Origin: an uncultured Elusimicrobiaceae bacterium | Lineage (GTDB): Bacteria > Elusimicrobiota > Endomicrobiia > Endomicrobiales > Endomicrobiaceae | Direction: 5' to 3' | Length of the DNA stretch: 38,403 nucleotides | Assembly (NCBI GenBank): GCA_964436195.1 | Contig: CAYTCB010000001.1 | Location: 33,751 to 72,153 of the forward strand | Part shown: in pieces, positions 35,317-38,403 of the stretch | How positions within the stretch are numbered: position 1 is the stretch's first letter | Layout: each line of letters opens with the position of its first letter | Program-made: the position numbers and the translations under genes | The notes under the pieces: model-generated | Told to the model about the DNA's origin: nothing | What the model saw: the letters and a program-made list of their open reading frames with translations, nothing else | The model's database searches: none

Positions 35317-35634
35317 ATGGCTCTAAACATCAATGAAGAAAATTTTGAAAAGGAAATCGTAAAATCAGATATTCCGGTGCTGCTTGATTTCTGGGCTCCG
35401 TGGTGCGGTCCGTGTAAAATGTTGTCCCCTGTTGTTGACGAATTGTCAAAAGAATACGAAGGAAAAGTCAAAATATGTAAGGTAAATACTGACGAGAATA
35501 TGAATTTGTCATCACGTTTCCAGATTACTTCCATACCGTGCATCATAATATTTAAAGGCGGCAAGCCGATAAGAAAAATAGTCGGATTTAAACCGAAAAT
35601 AGAGATAAAAAAGGATTTAGATGAAATTATTTAA
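35317..35634 (+). CDS. trxA: Thioredoxin
   Basis: 105 aa with FWAPWCGPCKM and ITSIPCIIIFKGG. ATG at 35317 has a strong RBS. The track's longer start lies inside the promoter. Confidence 0.93.
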   Translation: MALNINEENFEKEIVKSDIPVLLDFWAPWCGPCKMLSPVVDELSKEYEGKVKICKVNTDENMNLSSRFQITSIPCIIIFKGGKPIRKIVGFKPKIEIKKDLDEII

Positions 35635-36106
35635 ATTTATCGTTCCGGTCTTTTTGTGTTTTTTTATTTTTTCGTGTTCGGGCGGAGTTTCATCCCCGGC
35701 CGGATTCACTCTTCAGGATATTCAGGGCAATACGGTTTCTCTTTCGGATTTCAAAGGCAAAATTGTTTTTGTTGATTTTTGGGCGTCATGGTGTCCTCCG
35801 TGCAGACAGTCGATTCCTTCCGTTGAAAATCTCCAGGCCCTGTACAAAGACAATCCCGATGTTGTTTTTCTTGGCATAAACATAAATGAAGATAAGGATA
35901 CGATTGACCGGTTTGTAAAAGAACAGGGCATAACTTACAAGATACTGATGGCTGATGAAAAAGTGCTTAAGAACTACAAAATCAGAAGCATCCCGGTTTT
36001 TTTTATACTTGACAGACAGGGCAATGTCAGAAATAAACATATGGGCTATATGCCGGGCCTTGAAGCGCAATGGGATCAGGATATAAAATTTTTGCTTGAA
36101 AAATAA
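35621..36106 (+). CDS. TlpA/ResA-like exported thiol-disulfide oxidoreductase (probable lipoprotein)
   Basis: Signal / lipobox VFLCFFIFSCSGG. Thioredoxin-fold motifs VDFWASWCPPCRQSIP and IRSIPVFFILDRQG. Confidence 0.85.
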   Translation: MKLFKFIVPVFLCFFIFSCSGGVSSPAGFTLQDIQGNTVSLSDFKGKIVFVDFWASWCPPCRQSIPSVENLQALYKDNPDVVFLGININEDKDTIDRFVKEQGITYKILMADEKVLKNYKIRSIPVFFILDRQGNVRNKHMGYMPGLEAQWDQDIKFLLEK

Positions 36107-36119
36107 TTCGGGAGACAAA

Positions 36120-37052
36120 ATGACAAGTGATATAATTTATGACGTAATTATTATAGGTGGCGGGCCTGCCGGACTTACGGCCGGCATATACGCCTCAAGA
36201 GCCAGGCTTAAAACTCTTTTGATTGAAAAAGCCGGCTGCGGCGGGCAGATTGCAATTACGGACAAGCTTGAAAATTTCCCGGGATTTGAAGAAGGAATTA
36301 ACGGATTTGAATTTACTTCAAAAGTAGAACAGCAGGCAAGAAATTTCGGCACGGAAATAATTTACGGGGAAGTTCTTTCTCTAGAAGCCGAATCTTCCGT
36401 AAAAAAAGTCATTCTTTCCGATCATACATATGCCGCAAAAACAATCGTCATCGCAAGCGGCTCAAGTTTTAAAAAGCTCGGCATATACGGCGAGCATGAA
36501 TTTCTCGGCAAAGGAGTTTCATACTGCGCCACATGCGACGGTCCTTTTTTTAAAAATAAAACCGTAGCCGTAATCGGCGGCGGCAATTCGGCCGTGCAGG
36601 AAGCCCTTTTTCTTACGAAATTTGCAAATAAAATTTATCTCATTCACAGAAGAGATACTCTCAGGGCGGTGCAGCTTCTTCAGGAAAAAGTTTTCGCCGA
36701 AAAGAAAATAGAAGTCGTTTTTGACACAAACGTTGAGGAAATATCGGGCGGACAAATGATAGAGAATCTCAAAGTAAAGAATGTAAAAACCGGCAAACCC
36801 GGCAATATTGCCGTTGACGGAGTTTTTATATTTATAGGATGGAATCCGAATACGTCGTTTCTTTCCGAAAATAAAATCGCTCTCGATGAAAACGGATACA
36901 TAATAACCGATGAGAAAATGCAAACGTCGCTTGAAGGCGTTTTTGCCTGTGGCGATGTCAGAAAAAAAATGCTCAGGCAGGTTGTTACTGCCGTCAGCGA
37001 AGGGGCTACGGCGGCAATAAGCGCGCAGCACTGTATTGAGACCGGTCATTGA
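36120..37052 (+). CDS. trxB: Thioredoxin-disulfide reductase
   Basis: Motifs YDVIIIGGGPAGLTAGIYA, redox-active CATCDG, VIGGGNSAVQEALFL and FACGDV. ATG at 36120 is preceded by GGGAGA. Confidence 0.93.
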   Translation: MTSDIIYDVIIIGGGPAGLTAGIYASRARLKTLLIEKAGCGGQIAITDKLENFPGFEEGINGFEFTSKVEQQARNFGTEIIYGEVLSLEAESSVKKVILSDHTYAAKTIVIASGSSFKKLGIYGEHEFLGKGVSYCATCDGPFFKNKTVAVIGGGNSAVQEALFLTKFANKIYLIHRRDTLRAVQLLQEKVFAEKKIEVVFDTNVEEISGGQMIENLKVKNVKTGKPGNIAVDGVFIFIGWNPNTSFLSENKIALDENGYIITDEKMQTSLEGVFACGDVRKKMLRQVVTAVSEGATAAISAQHCIETGH

Positions 37053-37123
37053 TTTTCCGACGGTGGTCAGGCGTATGTTTTTGTCCCGAGGATAAAATAC
37101 GGTTTCGTAGAGAATAAAACATA

Positions 37124-37152
37124 TTGACAAACTAAAATAAAAAATATATTAT
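37124..37152 (+). promoter_or_regulatory. Sigma70 promoter of the small basic repeat protein gene
   Basis: TTGACA (37124-37129), 17 nt, TATTAT (37147-37152). About 115-nt leader and RBS GAGGAGG. Confidence 0.6.
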
Positions 37153-37274
37153 AACGCCAGTTGATGATTTTTGAGAGGGGAAAACTAAACAATAACTAAG
37201 AAAACAATTTGATTGTTATTGACCAACTTTCTTGGTTTGAATAAAAGCAGTAACATTTCCTGAGGAGGAAAATT

Positions 37275-37559
37275 ATGGCAGAAAAAGTTTTCAAAGTTGG
37301 CGTAAAAAGAGAAGACGGTTATCTCTATTTCATCGACAAGAACGGTGATGTTTCAAGAGCTCAGATGGCAAGAGGCGGCAAAAAAGGCGGCAAACCAAGT
37401 AAAGTTGCCAAAGCCGGCGTAAAGAAAGAAAAGGGATACCTTTATTTCTTGGACAAAGCAGGAGATATCTCAAGAGCGAAAATGAGCAGAGGCGGAACAA
37501 AGAAAGCTAAGAAAGCCGTAAAAAAAGTTGCTAAGAAAGGTAAAGGTAAGAAAAAATAA
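37275..37559 (+). CDS. Small lysine-rich protein with an internal tandem duplication and a histone-H1-like basic tail; function unknown
   Basis: 94 aa. aa 7-35 KVGVKREDGYLYFIDKNGDVSRAQMARGG versus aa 46-74 KAGVKKEKGYLYFLDKAGDISRAKMSRGG (20/29 identical). Tail KKAKKAVKKVAKKGKGKKK. Strong RBS, promoter and terminator. Confidence 0.75.
   Translation: MAEKVFKVGVKREDGYLYFIDKNGDVSRAQMARGGKKGGKPSKVAKAGVKKEKGYLYFLDKAGDISRAKMSRGGTKKAKKAVKKVAKKGKGKKK
37293..37496 (+). repeat. Intragenic tandem duplication, period 117 nt (39 aa)
   Basis: aaagttggcgtaaaaagagaagacggttatctctatttc... is repeated as aaagccggcgtaaagaaagaaaagggatacctttatttc..., 117 nt downstream and in frame. Confidence 0.8.
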
Positions 37560-37571
37560 GATTTTCAAAAT

Positions 37572-37610
37572 AAAAAGCCCGGTATTTTTTGCCGGGCTTT
37601 TTTATTTTTT
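37572..37610 (+). terminator. Rho-independent terminator
   Basis: aaaaagcccgg (37572-37582) pairs with ccgggcttttt (37592-37602), followed by a T-run. Confidence 0.85.
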
Positions 37611-37637
37611 GACAAAACGGTATAAAAGGCTTACAAT
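37609..37637 (+). promoter_or_regulatory. Sigma70 promoter of pilin-like gene 1
   Basis: TTGACA (37609-37614), 17 nt, TACAAT (37632-37637). About 75-nt leader and RBS AAGGAGA. Confidence 0.7.
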
Positions 37638-37717
37638 ATAGACGTTATTATAATATTCGAATGCACGCTTTACAAAATATAATATAAATTAATAAACAAA
37701 AAAGGAGACGAAAAAGA

Positions 37718-38095
37718 ATGAAATTCAAAGGTTTTACTCTTGTAGAACTTGTTATCGTGATTGTGATTGTCGGCATTTTGTCAGTAGTTGCAGTTCCTGT
37801 TTACAAAGGATATACAAAGAAAGCGATGGCAACGGAAGGAAAAGCATTGCTCGGAGCCATTCACACGGCCCAGAAGGTTTATTTTGCGGAATTCAGCAGG
37901 TTTGTTACCGGCGCACAGTCGACTTTGCTTGATGTCAGAGCAAATACAAATAAATATTTTACGACTTTCTCTGTTACCGGCTCGGCAACAGGTTTTACGG
38001 CAGTAACTAACGGGTCAGGCTCAGCTAACGGAATCAGGCTTACATTGAGAGCAAGTTCAACTGCAGGCCCTTTCCTCACGGAATCAGGTTTGTAA
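37718..38095 (+). CDS. Type IV pilin-like protein (prepilin-type N-terminal cleavage / methylation domain)
   Basis: MKFKG|FTLVELVIVIVIVGILSVVAVPVY: class III signal peptide with Gly-1, Phe+1 and Glu+5. 125 aa, no cysteines. Confidence 0.88.
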   Translation: MKFKGFTLVELVIVIVIVGILSVVAVPVYKGYTKKAMATEGKALLGAIHTAQKVYFAEFSRFVTGAQSTLLDVRANTNKYFTTFSVTGSATGFTAVTNGSGSANGIRLTLRASSTAGPFLTESGL

Positions 38096-38110
38096 TTCGG
38101 TTTTTATTTC

Positions 38111-38147
38111 AAGGCTCCGGTTTTGTGCTGCCGGAGCCTTTTTATTT
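38111..38147 (+). terminator. Rho-independent terminator
   Basis: aaggctccgg (38111-38120) pairs with ccggagcctt (38131-38140), followed by tttttattt. Confidence 0.85.
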
Positions 38148-38220
38148 GCACGCAAAACCGGCCGTCAGTTAGAATTTTTTTTAAAAATTACGTCTGAGTT
38201 TTAACTTTTTTAAAAAAACG

Positions 38221-38249
38221 TTGACAAATAAAACCAAAAGGTTTAGAAT
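38221..38249 (+). promoter_or_regulatory. Sigma70 promoter of pilin-like gene 2
   Basis: TTGACA (38221-38226), 17 nt, TAGAAT (38244-38249). RBS AAGGAGA. Confidence 0.7.
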
Positions 38250-38320
38250 ATATATCGTCGCTATTCTGCAGTGCGGAATACGAGACTTAATAATAAAACA
38301 TATAAAAAAAGGAGAATTCA

Positions 38321-38403
38321 ATGAAGAGTATGAAAGGTTTTACACTCGTAGAACTCGTAATCGTAATCGTTATTGTCGGTATTTTGTCCGTAGTTGCAGT
38401 TCC
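38321..38403 (+). CDS. Second type IV pilin-like gene, 5' part only (runs off the window)
   Basis: MKSMKGFTLVELVIVIVIVGILSVVAV. The mature N-terminus is identical in protein to gene 1 but has many synonymous nucleotide differences. Confidence 0.8.
   Translation, partial: MKSMKGFTLVELVIVIVIVGILSVVAV

Noticed and set aside
37159-37274. Possible riboswitch or structured leader upstream of the small basic protein gene
   Set aside because: Only short, weak stems are visible (caataac/gttattg of 7 bp; accaa/ttggt of 5 bp). I could see no recognisable riboswitch core motif. It is kept only as a note within the related finding.

Overview
This is a compact, AT-rich (roughly high-30s % GC by eye) chromosomal window from a diderm bacterium. 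I support 39 protein-coding regions (two cut by the window edges) and one initiator tRNA-Met. I found no rRNA, CRISPR array, transposase, integrase or recognisable phage or defence gene. Tandem type IV pilin-like genes with the N-terminus M-K-x-x-K-G-FTLVELVIVIVIVGIL suggest an Elusimicrobia-like organism, but that is inference only.

Gene content:
- Housekeeping: accA, class II fructose-bisphosphate aldolase, clpB, acpS, NAD(P)HX dehydratase, an M20 amidohydrolase, and trxA / TlpA-like / trxB.
- Envelope and signalling: two two-component operons carrying c-di-GMP domains (REC-GGDEF with a GGDDF motif, and HD-GYP), a WecA / glycosyltransferase glycan cluster, a TetR-TolC-RND efflux operon with no periplasmic adaptor gene, an alginate-export-family porin, and two PorV/FadL-like beta-barrels.

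Many genes have near-consensus sigma70 promoters (TTGACA-N17-TATAAT) and clear hairpin terminators readable directly from the sequence. clpB carries a CIRCE (HrcA) operator.

The most system-like, poorly described candidate is the plus-strand operon 3443-9139. It runs sensor kinase, REC-GGDDF, OmpR-type regulator, a PorV-like barrel fused to about 400 aa of TPR repeats, then a cargo-less secreted T9SS-type C-terminal-domain protein. It abuts, with overlapping stop codons, a convergent seven-gene operon (9136-17011) that couples a kinase, a CheY-like regulator and an HD-GYP protein to glycan synthesis.

Other items worth a second look:
- an unannotated 32-aa ORF with a PqqA-like WTKP motif and its own promoter, RBS and terminator (27293-27529);
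- a lysine-rich 94-aa protein built from an internal 39-aa duplication (37275-37559);
- a two-gene TPR module next to the tRNA (29905-31942).

All functional calls come from motif recognition by eye. No database search was run.
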